DNA from: Octopus bimaculoides
Lineage: Eukaryota
NCBI RefSeq assembly: GCF_001194135.2
Contig: NC_068990.1
Coordinates: forward strand, 92,158,514-92,222,513
Reading direction: 5' to 3'
Length of the DNA: 64,000 bases
This document shows positions 1 through 13,000 of the stretch, piece after piece. Both the position numbers and the translations under genes were made by a program. How positions within the stretch are numbered: position 1 is the first letter of the stretch; each line of letters starts with the position of its first letter. The notes beneath the pieces were generated by a model. That model was not told the DNA's origin, searched no databases, and saw only the letters and a list, made by a program, of their open reading frames with translations.

Positions 1-227
1 TAAAAGACACCATTTCGAGCGTGGCCGTTTTCGTGCGGGTGACACGTAAAAGCACCCACTACACTCTCTGAGTGGTTGGCGTTAGGAAGGGCATCCAGCT
101 GTAGAAACTCTGCCAAATCAGACTGGAGCCTGGTGTTGCCATCCGGTTTCACCAGTCCTCAGTCAAATCGTCCAACCCATGCTAGCATGGAAAGCGGACG
201 TTAAACGATGATGATGATGATGATGAT
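1..227 (+). mobile_element. Family R (RTE 3' tail) copy
   Basis: CACTACACTCTCTGAGTGGTTGGCGTTAGGAAGGGCATCCAGCTGTAGAAAC...GGACGTTAAAC(GAT)n. Further shorter copies at about 8060-8170+, 12770-13065+, 18600-18790+, 20380-20520+ and 22080-22270+. Confidence 0.85.
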
Positions 228-750
228 TAAATGCTGGTATGGGTTGGGCATTTGACAGGACCTGACGGAACACTGTGTTGAGTACCTACAGCAGTTTTGG
301 CAGAGTTTCTTCTGAATGTCAACCATTTAACAGTATATACTGTGTGCTCTTTCATGTCACAAGACCCCTTGATTGAGGGGCAGGTAGCATTTCAAAACAG
401 GGTTAAATGAATACATATTTATAAACATGAATGTTTTCTCACTAAAAGTTAAACCTCCACAATTATTCAAGCAAAGTTAATAGAGTGAACATTAATAAGC
501 ACTTTATAAAAATTTTGCCCAAAACTAACTTCGCTTGTGCCAGTACCATGTAAAAAGCACTGAGTCCACTCTGTGGAGTGGCTGGAGTTAGTGTTTTACT
601 AAGTCCAATGTTAACATTGATGCTAGTGATAACAGCTTGTTAGCATATGACAGGAAAGAAATCTGTAACGAACCTTCTAACAGACCACACAGTACCTTCA
701 ACCAATACACACACACACACTGAGACCAGAGAAAGATGTAGTGTACCCAC

Positions 751-1051
751 CAATAGTCTTTTCCAAGACATTGATTTCCTCCAGCTGTTGATGATGTGAT
801 GTCTGTTCAAGTCTGGTTTTCAATAATTCAGTTTCATGTTGTTTCAACTCAAATTCATTCTTCAGTTTATTATACCTAAAACATTGTCAACACACATTCC
901 TTAGAAACTTTACATTAAGGCACTCATCGTTGTCTTCATCATTAATTTCATTTAATTAAAGACATTTCAACAGAAAAGAACATCAACCCTTTCCTCCCAA
1001 ACCATATATTATGATACAGTAACATCCATGATTTAAAGACTGAAGTTCCGA

Positions 1052-1097
<46 letters not shown>

Positions 1098-4000
1098 CAT
1101 ATAAGAGGAATGAACCACTAGGTGGATTCCTAATATGCTAAAGGCACACCCCATATGGTCTGACCACTAAGAAAAATTGTTATCAAGAAAATTTGGGAAA
1201 CGCCAGAACATAAAGCAAGCAAGACAAATGAAAAGATGATGCAAAATATAGTTATTAGTCACATGCCATGATTTCATTGTTACCATTTGCATTACGTAAA
1301 TGTCTGCAAATTGTCAGTGTGACTGTTACAGAAAATATAATTTGCAGAACTATACACGAGATGTCCTCCCGAGAGAGAACATGCATACAGTTCTATCAAT
1401 TATATTTGGGGTTATATTTCAAATGTCTTCGTTTTGGTACACTGAAGCCAGAAATGACTCATCAGAAAATAATTTTCTGCATCGAAGCTTGCTGATTAGA
1501 GAACATGCTTATTTAAATTTATATATATATATATCTTTTATGCTTTACTTGTTTCAGTCATATTCATTTATCAAATATTAATCAACACAATGTTAATTTA
1601 CGTAATGCTGTCTGAAGGTCACAAATTTAGATGTGGAGGTGAAGTCAAATAAATCAACCCCAGCAAGATTTGAACTCAGAATATGTTTGGATGTAGCTGA
1701 TGACAAGACGATTTGTCAGGCCAGCATCACAACTCTACCTTCCATTTAATAATAATAATTGCATTCACCATTTCAAAAGTATTCTCTGCTTTACAATCAT
1801 TAAAACAACAACAACAAGGCACTCACGTCCCTGACATCTTCTGCAATGCATTCAATTCAGCTTCTATTTTATTGAGAAGGTTCTTCTTCTCAATTAACTC
1901 CTTCTCAACTTCGGTTAGTTCTTTTAATTTCAGCAAGATTGAACTATTTTGTGGCCGAGAACCTGGATAAACATAATATAAAGCATTAATTATCATCCTC
2001 AACATGGTTACAGACAAGCATATAATGTGTGTGTGTATTATTGATGTGCCACTCGATCAATGTGATCTATCTTCAAACCTAGTTTATTTCCACCACCACC
2101 CCCACCCTGAGGTAACTAACAAATCTTAAAAACAAGAGAATATCTGACTGTGCTTTCTAACTGTAAGTTTGGTAAATTGGCAAGCTTTCTAAATAGAGCA
2201 CAAAACAAAATAAAGAAAAAAAGAAAAATTAATCCCTTACCCCCTGTAAGGGTTCCTGCGGGGTTAAATGACTCCCCATCTAGTGTTACACATCTTTTCA
2301 TGATGGCCTCATGAAAAGTGACCGTTTTGGCAACTCCCATATTTTTACAGACAAAGCTGGAGCCAAACACATATTCCATGGCAGCAGACAATTCGCTCTC
2401 ATAACCAATCAAAGAGAGAGCTGTGTGAACATTCTCTTTTCCAACCTAAAACAAAATTAACAAAAGTTTTTAATTAATAAACAAGTCGATAATTACTAGG
2501 TTTGGTTGATGAAACATCCAAAACAACATTAAAATAAATAATAATTAAACCTTGTGATTCATCGGTTAATATCAAACAGATATTTCAGAGCACAATTTGG
2601 CAAAAATGTTCTTACATCATGACACTATGATGGAACTTTTATAGATTGCAACCTCACATTAGTACTCATGTTAATAAGATTTTGGTTGAGATTTTAATTA
2701 AAATATCAGCAGATTGTATTATAAAGGTTAATTTAATGAGAGAAATTTTAAAAAGTGTAACGGTAAATTAATCCTAATTATTATATTCTGAATCATCAGA
2801 ATCCATAAAATTAATTATCATCTGGAGAGAGTGCAGGTTTGTGACAGGTAGATTGGCATGTGGGATAAAATTCAGCTTTCCATGCTGGTGAATCATACTT
2901 CAATTTCAGAGCCAGGACTGTTCACAGTAAAGAGTTACACCTTCTTGTGTTGCCTACTAACACCTAGAATACCCAGGGTTATAGACAGGACAATACTAAT
3001 CACAGGCTACAAACCTTCAATCACCCAGTTTGTCTGCCCAGTACAACACTCTCTGAAGCATCCTTACTCTCAAAATAATTAAGATGATATAGAATGAAGA
3101 GACATAGTCCAGACTATGTACTCGAGCCTCCATGTCCTATTCATTAATAGTCCACTCCATCATCCAGTGGACATCAGTAGAGACCCCTGTTTCTCTCCTA
3201 CCATCAACCACAACATCATTACCAGTGATACATACCAAATTTTCAGCTTTCTTAACAGCATCAGGATGAATTTTAGATCTTACTATCTTGTCCAGTGGAA
3301 TTATTGTATAACGCCGCTTCAGTTGACCGTTCTGAACCAATTTTTTGCCCACAATTTCATTGTCCACAACAATATTATACAACTGTAAGATAGAATACAA
3401 TAATAACAAATTAACAACAACCAAACAAACAAAATAATATTTAACCTTTTCAACAGCAATCCACATAAGACCACCCTTGCTTCTATGATACATGCTTTCT
3501 AGTTTTAAGTGATCAAAATTGAAAGACTTCCATCAAAATTTTCCCTCACTTTATATTCCAAGGTCTGTATTAATAATGGCAGATATTTTATTTAGTTTTT
3601 CATCATTTTCGAAATTAATTGACACAAAGACTGTATTTTAACGTCCAAATATGGTAGCAAAAGAATTAATACTTTAAGTGTTGTTCTAAATTAAGACAAC
3701 AATGAAATCAAGTTTCTATTTTAAAGCCACATCACATAAATGTCTTGTTTCTATTCTTGTACAAATAGCAATAGGTCAAATAACCACATCGTGTCTCCAT
3801 TCATACATGTTTATCAACCCCACAACCTCAAGAGCTAATCCCTATCACATGTAATGATAGAGTAATTTGGGGGCCGGGGGGGGGGGAGGAGAGAGAAAGG
3901 GCAGTGACCCTGATCGTTTTTAGGACCTCCATGACTCCTCGGGAGGAAGAGAGGCAGTTATACTGTCACTGGAGACTGGACCTAAATGCTTACAACAGAC

Positions 4001-7000
4001 TGGACTCCTTTAAAGGTAGCAAAAGGCCAGCACAAGGTGTTAAACTGAGTAACAGATCAAGTCTACCACCAGAGGACAGGAACATTTCCTTGACTATCTT
4101 CTATAAGTTCCCTTGCTGAAAGTTCAATTCCCACCCTTTTCCAGTTCTTTTCCTGTCTTGCAACTTACATGGCAACAATTACTGATTGAAAGGATTCAAT
4201 ATTGGTGAAAGAGAATAATTGTATATAAACATAACTTCATTATAACTTCAAATTCCTCCTCTCTCACACACAACATACATATATATTACAAAGAACTCAC
4301 CTTACTTCCTGCAACTACTTCCAGAGCTGTACCAGTCTCTGGAGATTTCACCCTGACAAGTTTACACAGAAGATCATGGACAGTATTTCGATTAAAATTT
4401 CTCTCAGGGTCTTTATAATCAAAGTTCAGCTGAGGAAATCTGCAAGAGAGATTACACATTATACACACACCCTCATGCACATGTATGTGTGTGTGTGTGT
4501 GATGTAACTAGGGGCAAAGAAATAAAAATAGATGCGCTGTGTACAAATGGAGAACCCCAAGCAAAACATTATGCACAAGTGTATATAACCTGGCACATGT
4601 TTAAGATTCATTTAAAACTGTCAATAAGTACACCAAACTCTCCCTGCAATGTGTGGGATGTTGTATAGTTAGGTGTAGACACTAGAAACTTGTTACTATG
4701 TATAGTGTTATACACACTAATACAGAGATCTTAGAAACTGCCATGGCTACATACAGGGTGTTATACACAGCTGGCTATAGTTTGTAGGGTTTTTTTTTAC
4801 CTTGTACCAATGCGTTCAATTTTTGTTTCATGAACAAATATAGAGATATAAAATAAACAGTTCAAACAAAGTAACAAATAATTTTCAAATCAAATACAGC
4901 TGAACTAGATCATCATCATTTAACGTCCGTTTTCCATGGTGGCAAGGGTTAGATGGCTCCACAGGAACTGGTATGGCCAAGGGCTATGCCAGGTTCCAGA
5001 GTCTGTTTTGGCTTCGGTACTTTTTAAGAGCAAAAGCAAGAAAGTGAAACATAAATATAACAAAGAAAACAAGCATAGAAACAGTTCTGTATCCAAAGAT
5101 GGCACATAAAAAGCACCATTCGAGCATGGTCAATGCCAGTGCCACCTAACTGCCTCCTGTGCCGGTGACACATAAAAAGTACCCACTACACTCTCGGAGT
5201 GGTTGGCGTTAGGAAGGACATCCAGCTGTAGAAACATTGCCAGATCAGATTGGAGCCTGGTGCAGCCTTCTGGCTTGCCAGTCCTCAGTCAAACAGTCCA
5301 ACCCATGCCAGCATGGAAAGCAGACGTTAAATGATGATGATGATGATGATATGAGCATGGTAACATTAGAAATGGTGGACATACTTGGCTTCAAGTGTTT
5401 CTGTCTTTTCCTGAAGTTCCTGGACTTCTTGAAACAAGCGCTTTCTCTCAGCAGAGATAGTCTTCACTTTTTCTTCATCATAGTTCAGCTTCTTTAATTC
5501 CATCTAAAAATAATAATAATGACAATAAAAATAATAATTCTTTCAAAATTTTGGCAAGAGGTCAACAATTTTGAGGAGAGTGAGTAAGTCAATTACACCG
5601 ACGTTAGTACTTGACTAATGTCTTATCAATCCTGGAATGATGAAAGATAAAGTTAGCCTTGGCGGGATTTGAATTCAGAATGTAAAGAGCCAGACAATAC
5701 CACAAGGTATTTCTCCAACTCTCTAAAAGGAGCAAAAGCCAAACATTTTAAGGGCAGAAAGACAATCAAATTGATCCTGGCAGAATAAGAAACTTCCAGT
5801 GGGATTTGAAATCAAAATTTAAGAAGGTACGAATAATTATTTGCAGGACAATGAGGATGAAGAGAGAGGAAGATATTTGAGTGTGACCCACCTGAAGTTT
5901 ATCAAGACTGTCCTGCATTTTATTGTATTCAATTTGGTCTTTCTTGTAACTCTGCTCTGTCTTTTTCAGTTCTGGTAATTTCTTTTTCAACATGTCCTGG
6001 CTGTGTTTCAATCTGAGTAAGATGACAGAAGAGACTGGAGATAAGACAAACGACTAAAGAATGAAAACTAAAGATGATGGATGACTGAAAGACGGATGAT
6101 TAAATAAAAAAAATAACAAACGAAAAATTTTACATACCTATATATAATTAAAAAAAAACAAACAAAATAAACAAACGAACATATACTAAATGCACAGGTG
6201 AACAGAAAACACAGGTCATCAACTCCCCATCAGTAAATAATTAGAGGGTCAAATACAATTTCAGCCATTATTGATAAGATTGCTTCCACATAAAGTTACT
6301 AATTTAGAAGAGAAAGGAGAAGAACAACTTTTACTGACCTCATTTCAGCCTGTTTTATTTCTGTTTCACTATTACTGATTTCATTCTTTGCAGCTGGAAA
6401 TAATAATAATAACAACAATAACTGAGTAGTGACATCCAAGTACTGGCCTGGATGACAAAAGGAAGAATGGTACTATGCCAGGAGGACCCAAAGGGAATGT
6501 GGTTGGAAATTTCCGACCAATATCTTGTTTGCCATTGACGTAGAAACTAATGATGGGCATCATATCAAACAGCATCTATAAGTACCGAGATGAGAACGAC
6601 CTACTACCAGTGGAACGAAAAAGGTGTAGACGTAAGCACAGAGGAACGGAGGATCAATTACTCATCGATAGCACTATCCTGGCTCAAAGTACTCCAAATA
6701 TCACATTGATAAAAGCACTGACTCGCCACAGGGGAGGATGTGCTCTGAGAAGGGAGAAAGCAAAAGCCATATTGCTAGCGAGTGCTGTAAGCTTGCACAA
6801 CGCGAATACAAAAGGAGACATGACAATGTGGCCAGATATGTCCACTGGCTGTTGTGAGAGGGGGGTGTTAGTTGATGCCACCAACCCCAATGCTTGACAG
6901 GTGCTTTATTTTATTGACCGTAAAAGGACGAAGGGCCAAGTGAAATTAATGGAGATTATAATGAATGCTTACTTAAGAGCTGCTCATTGAGGGTGGCCGC

Positions 7001-9959
7001 TTCTCCATCAGCGTTGCTAGAGAGACCAGCAGTGACAGCATGGAAGTGTTTCTGGGCGGCAGCAAAGTCCTCAGCATCCTCAACACTCTGCTTTTGAAGT
7101 TTCTCAGTGGCAGACAGAATCTTCTCCAGGTCTTTCTCTTGAGTAGCAATTGTCTTGGTGTTCTATGAGGATAGGATAGACAAAGGAAAAATAGCAGACA
7201 GACAATCACTTTGTATAGTTTTCTCCAGAATTGCATCTAAATTTGGTCCCTTCCTCACAGAAATACAAGCTCTGGCACAATTCAATATTTACAGTGGAAT
7301 CTGAACACACAGCCTGTACATGTCAGCAATTTAATAACCCTTCCAAAGTGGGCCTTACTTTGATCATTTCCTCAGCACCCCCACCCAATAGAGCTGAGGT
7401 GACAACAGCCACACAAAAGTAGATTAACAGTCCACTCTGTCGCAATCATTCAGGTCTGGTTTCTGGTTCAAGGAGCTAAAAATCTAAAGCTTTGTGGCCA
7501 CTGCCTTACTCTCACTGCATAAATGGTTCAAGGAACATAAACTGCACCAACCTTGGAGGGATGCAAAATGAAATTAACCATAGTAGGACTTGAACTCATT
7601 ACTACAAGGAATGAAACTAAATATTTTAAGGCATTCAATCTGTTACAATACTACTTCTGGCTACTTCCGTCCTTAAAATCACAAATACTGGCCATCATTT
7701 TGTTATTATTTCTGTATATTAAAGAAATTATCTGCTGCAGAAATTAAAAAAAAAAAACAAAGGACTTTTAAATCTTAGTTTTGAGCTTTGGTTAGATTTT
7801 GTTAAAGAACTGAGAGATAAATCTCCCACTGGATAGGATTATTGCGGCAGAACCCATTCTTATAGACAGCTAGTTGAATTAAGGTCAAGCAGATTACAGT
7901 GTCCAGTTCCAGAAACACAACAGACTTGTAGGAGAGGTGAACTCTCAACCTGAATGCTTAATCCACACAATGTGGTTGAAAGAGAAACAAGATTTCAAAA
8001 ATGAAACGACCAGCGATCTGAAAGAAAAGGCAAGGGTTTAAACTATGGATTAAAAAGGTGCTTGTGCTGGTCTACATAAGAGGCACTCATGCTTCTTCCA
8101 CATTAAAATCACCCATGCTAGTGCTACATAAAAGGCACCCATGCCAGCATGGGAAATGGATGTTAAATGATGAAGAAGAAGAAGACGACTTACATCTTCC
8201 TTTTGTTTGAGCAAAGATTTCTTCTTTTTCTCTTCAGCTTTCATACTTTCTTTCTTACTATCAAGAGCACTGAGTATTTTGGCATGAACCACATTGGCAT
8301 CAGACAAGTTTTTCTGTACTTTCGATAAGGCTTCTCCACTTTCCTATAAATCAATTAAAAATATTATAAATCATCATTAAAAAAAAAAACCCAACAAATG
8401 CCCAAACAATAGCAGAGATGGGATCTTCTAGCAGTTGGTCCAATCAAATTAAACTTGGTTGAAATGTTACTCTTCATAATTAAGAAACTGGTTGCCAAAT
8501 CAGAGTTCTGTTCTTCGCTTCATTATTTTTATATAAAAATATCAACGCCTCTTTTACATTAATATAAATCCTAACAGTGAGGCTGCAAAAGTTGGTAGAA
8601 TCCTTAGCAGACCAGAGAAAATGCTTAGCAGCATTTCTACTGACTTTACATTCTGAGTTCAAATGCTGCCAGGGTCAACTCTGCCTGTCAGACTTTTCAC
8701 AGTCAATAGAATAAGTACCAAGGACAGCGAGCTGGCAGAAACGTTAGCACGCCAGGCAAAATGCTTAGCAGTATTTCGTCTGTCTTTACGTTCTGAGTTC
8801 AACTTTGCCTTTCATCCTTTCGAGGGTTGATAAATTAAGTACCAGTTGCGTACTGGAGTTGATCTAATTGACTGGCCCCCTCTCCCAAAATTTCAGGCCT
8901 TGTACCTACATACTAGAAAAGAATAAAATAAGTACCAGTTGAACACTGGAGATTGATGTAATTGATTTACCCTGCCCCACGAAATTGCTGGCCTTGTGTC
9001 AAAATATATTAATTCTAACACTGGTGCAGTGGCACAAATCAATGCATCTGTTAGCAGTGGCACACTGTCAAAATAGTAATTCTAACACTGATGCCACATC
9101 ACAAATCTATTCATATTTGCATTATGTCATAAGTCAATTAATTCCAAGACAATATAACAAATTGATTAACACTGCTACATTTAATCCAACAAAAACAATA
9201 CACTAACCTAACTGTATTTTTATATGCACAATATTATAACACTGCCCATGCTCCAGGTAGAAACTGACCCAGTAAATTATGTTAAGGAACCATGTTCAAA
9301 GCCATAAAGTCTCAATCCTAATCAATAACTTTAAAGCTTACAATCAAGTCAGGCTACCTTTGTGAGTTTTAAGTTCCAGTGTGGACACACAACATGATGT
9401 TTACACTACTGATGCTCTTGTGAAATACAGAAATGTTACAACATCCAATTTGTGTACCATAAAACTTTGCTGTCAACAGCTTAGAAAGATCTATGAGGCT
9501 GACTGGTCTATGACAAACTGCATCAGGAAGCTTTCAATGCTGCTTCAATTACCTGTCAAAGATGAGGTGACATTATCTTCACACATTCACACAAAGCAAT
9601 TCTCTTTTTACCTTTTCTTTTTTAGATTCTAATTCTTGGATCTGCCTGTTCGCAACTTGTATTGATTCTTTAACCTAAGAAAAAAAATGATATGAAAAAT
9701 ATCGTTAAACAACAATGATGATGAGAGGAAAAGGACATCAAAACCAAGGGAGAACAAGTACCTTAAGTCATTGATAATAATTTAATTAGGGTAAGGTTAA
9801 TTAAATTGTTTTTGAGGTCCTTTTCCTTTAATGTATACCTGCGAACACGGAAGTCAAATATGGATCCCCAGCTCCAGCCTCAGCTGTGAACTTGGAACCT
9901 AACGGATGACCAATTATAGCACTAATCCACCATACCTCTCCATTTAGATCATCAGTGAT

Positions 9960-10051
<92 letters not shown>

Positions 10052-13000
10052 CATACATACACACACATATATATATATGCCAACAGTGGTGATAATAACA
10101 GCAACAGAAAAAAGACTCCAGCACTATTGCTGCTGTTACTGCCACCACTGCTACTGGATTGGACAAAACAATAAAGTAAAAATACATGGTTCTTACCTCT
10201 TTGGACTTTTCTGCTAACTTTCCAATGGTTTCAGCTATTTCCACCACTTCATCAGCAGACTTCTTCTTTCGATCCTGAAGGACAAGAGGCAACATAAATA
10301 AACGATGTGTACATGCTTTCATATCTGCATATGGCCAACGCAAATTACATTGCGGGCCTCTTTAATCAGAGAAAGTGTTTTGAGGGCCGCTTGTTTACTT
10401 TATGCACTAATAGTCAAATGATCAAATTACAGAATCAAGAATTTTTCATACTTTTCGTCTGTTTAAAATTATAAAATTGTAGGCCATTGCTTTATTGCCA
10501 CTTTTAAATTTTAAATTTATTTTGAAACAAATGTTTTACACAAACAATTTTATTTTGAAATTAAACTCAATACTTCACGAAAGTATCAAGCAGGCTGCAA
10601 GACAAGAGTCTGCAGGCCTCAGGTTGGCCAGCCCTAGTATAGACACTCGTGTTTATACATAAATATATTATGATACACATAAGGTCTATAATGATATATA
10701 ATAAGCTTAAGAAGATGGAGACAAGAGAAAATTTATATTTTAGTAAGTGAGGTCATGGGTGTGTAGTTAAGGAAGTTCACTTCACAAGCATGTGGTCTCA
10801 GGTTCAGTCCTGTCAAAGAGAAGGAAAAGAGAGAACCATACCTCAGCACACATAAACTGATAAGCAATGTAGAGTTTAGATAAATGTTCCAGTTCTCTGG
10901 TGATCTTCTGAAACTCCAAGTATGAAGACCGTTCTTCCCTCAGTTTTGTTAGGGTTGGGTTAATGTCTTCTCGTAGAATCTAGCAACAAAAAAAAAAAAC
11001 ATCAAATATAAACATTAACAACTCTTTCAGAACACCACCTTATTTTATAATTGGTTCACTATATTTTTATTATATTTTTTTGTTTTTAGAAGGCACAAAG
11101 CTAATATGGTCAGCTGAATGATCCCCAATGTATTACTGGTATTGGTTTTATAATGTCTAAGGAAATAAGTAGGCTGTGATGAGATTTGAATCTATAAAAC
11201 TAAGTACCTCTGTCTCAACCAACTCAGTTTCTGAAATGATGGTTGGGAGATTGAAATGTTGAACTATTGATAACATAGTGGGGAGGAGTTCAAACTGTAC
11301 TAGAAAAATAAAAACTACAATATTAAAGAAACACTACAAACCAAACACAAGAGATTATGGTTTCAACTAGACTCAAACCTCAGATGGATAAAACACTTTG
11401 AAGTCATAAACAAAGAGGAAGTAGTGCATGGTCGAATGCTTCACTAAACACTTGGCTTTTCGGTTCAATCCTTCCACATTTCGAGGTCCAATTATGTTGT
11501 GGTCAACTTTACATATCTGCAATGTTGTTATTTAGCTCCAGATCAAGGATGATTAAACAGGCATGACCATCCTAATTTTTATTCAGCCATAGCATATTAT
11601 CAAAGACAACATAATCCAATGTCCAATGCTGGTTTCCTATTTTTAAGACTTTAATTTGAGGGAGATATGGCTGTTATTTTCAGCAGGTCGAGTACTCATG
11701 TAGAAGTTCCTTTGTTAGTTTGCACTTACAAACACAACAAATATCTCTAACAATAATATTCCTAGGTTGGTTGATCACATCTTTCCCTCACTAAAATCGG
11801 TTCTGTTCCCAATCCAAAGAGACTCAATAATTGAAAACACAAACAAGATATTTACATTTTCAATCTCAGCCAGTTTGGCATCTTTCTTCTCAATTGTCCG
11901 CTGGGCCGATTCCTTCTTGGTTTCATACAAACGTGTCCCCGCAGCTTCTTCAATCATTGACAAAATCTAAAAACAGTGACAGAATAACATAAGATTGTTA
12001 AAAACAAACACAGATATCTAACATTTCACACATAACAATGAACTCTGGTATTACAGCTTCAGAAGTGGACGAAAGGACAGAACTTGATGAACACCTAGTT
12101 CTACAATGAATTCTTCACTGAATTCACTGTTGGTATTGATCTTTATATGGTTTGAACTGCTCTCCTAGACCATTCAGTGAATGCATCATCTTCCAGGCTA
12201 AAGTACTCGAGACTCTATAAAAGGTTGTTTTATTCTGAGATAAGAGTCGTTTGTTCTTAGCTGCAAGCAGCTTCCGTTGCAGTTGTCTCATCTGAAAAAT
12301 GATATCCTGAGTTCTATGTCCAGGTATGAAACCAAAATACATCTGATCTAGCAATGACAACAGTGAAAGGAAATTGTATTTACCTCTGGTGGTTTCATAT
12401 TCAGAACTTTGGTAATACGACCCTGCATGATAAGAAAATGAGGATTGTTGACGTTGAGTTGGACAGACTGGAATAAATCTTGGACACGTTTATGTTGAGC
12501 TGACATTCCATTGATCATGTATTTATTACGGCCACCAATAACAACCTGCATAATAAAAAGAAACACACTGATATACGGCAGAGCAGCAGTACAATACAAG
12601 GGGAACTGAATAATTCAAAAGTGAAGTATTTATAAGGTACAAGGAATATTAATTAGGGCTTGAGTGTACATATTGGGCTGTGTTTGTCTGTATTCAGGTG
12701 TGTGTGTGTGTGTGTGTGTTAGCCTTTTTTCTTTTCTTTTTGCTTATATATGTTGTGTTTGATTTTTTCAAAAAGGGATCAACATTAGGAAAGACATCCA
12801 GCTGCAGAAACCATGCTAAAGCAGATGTTGGAGCTAGGCTCAATCCTCTGACCTGTTGGATTTTGTTAAACTGTTCAACTCATGGCAACATGGAAGTTGT
12901 GAAAGACTGTATGACGCATGTGTATGAACAGCCATGCTACATGGCAGTGAAACATGGGCCATGACTGGAGCCTGGTACAGCTCTCTGGTTTACCAGTTCC

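Noticed and set aside
9828-10343. 171-aa ORF
   Set aside because: Only 10274-10197 is a real SMC2 exon; the rest is intron read-through across (TA)n.
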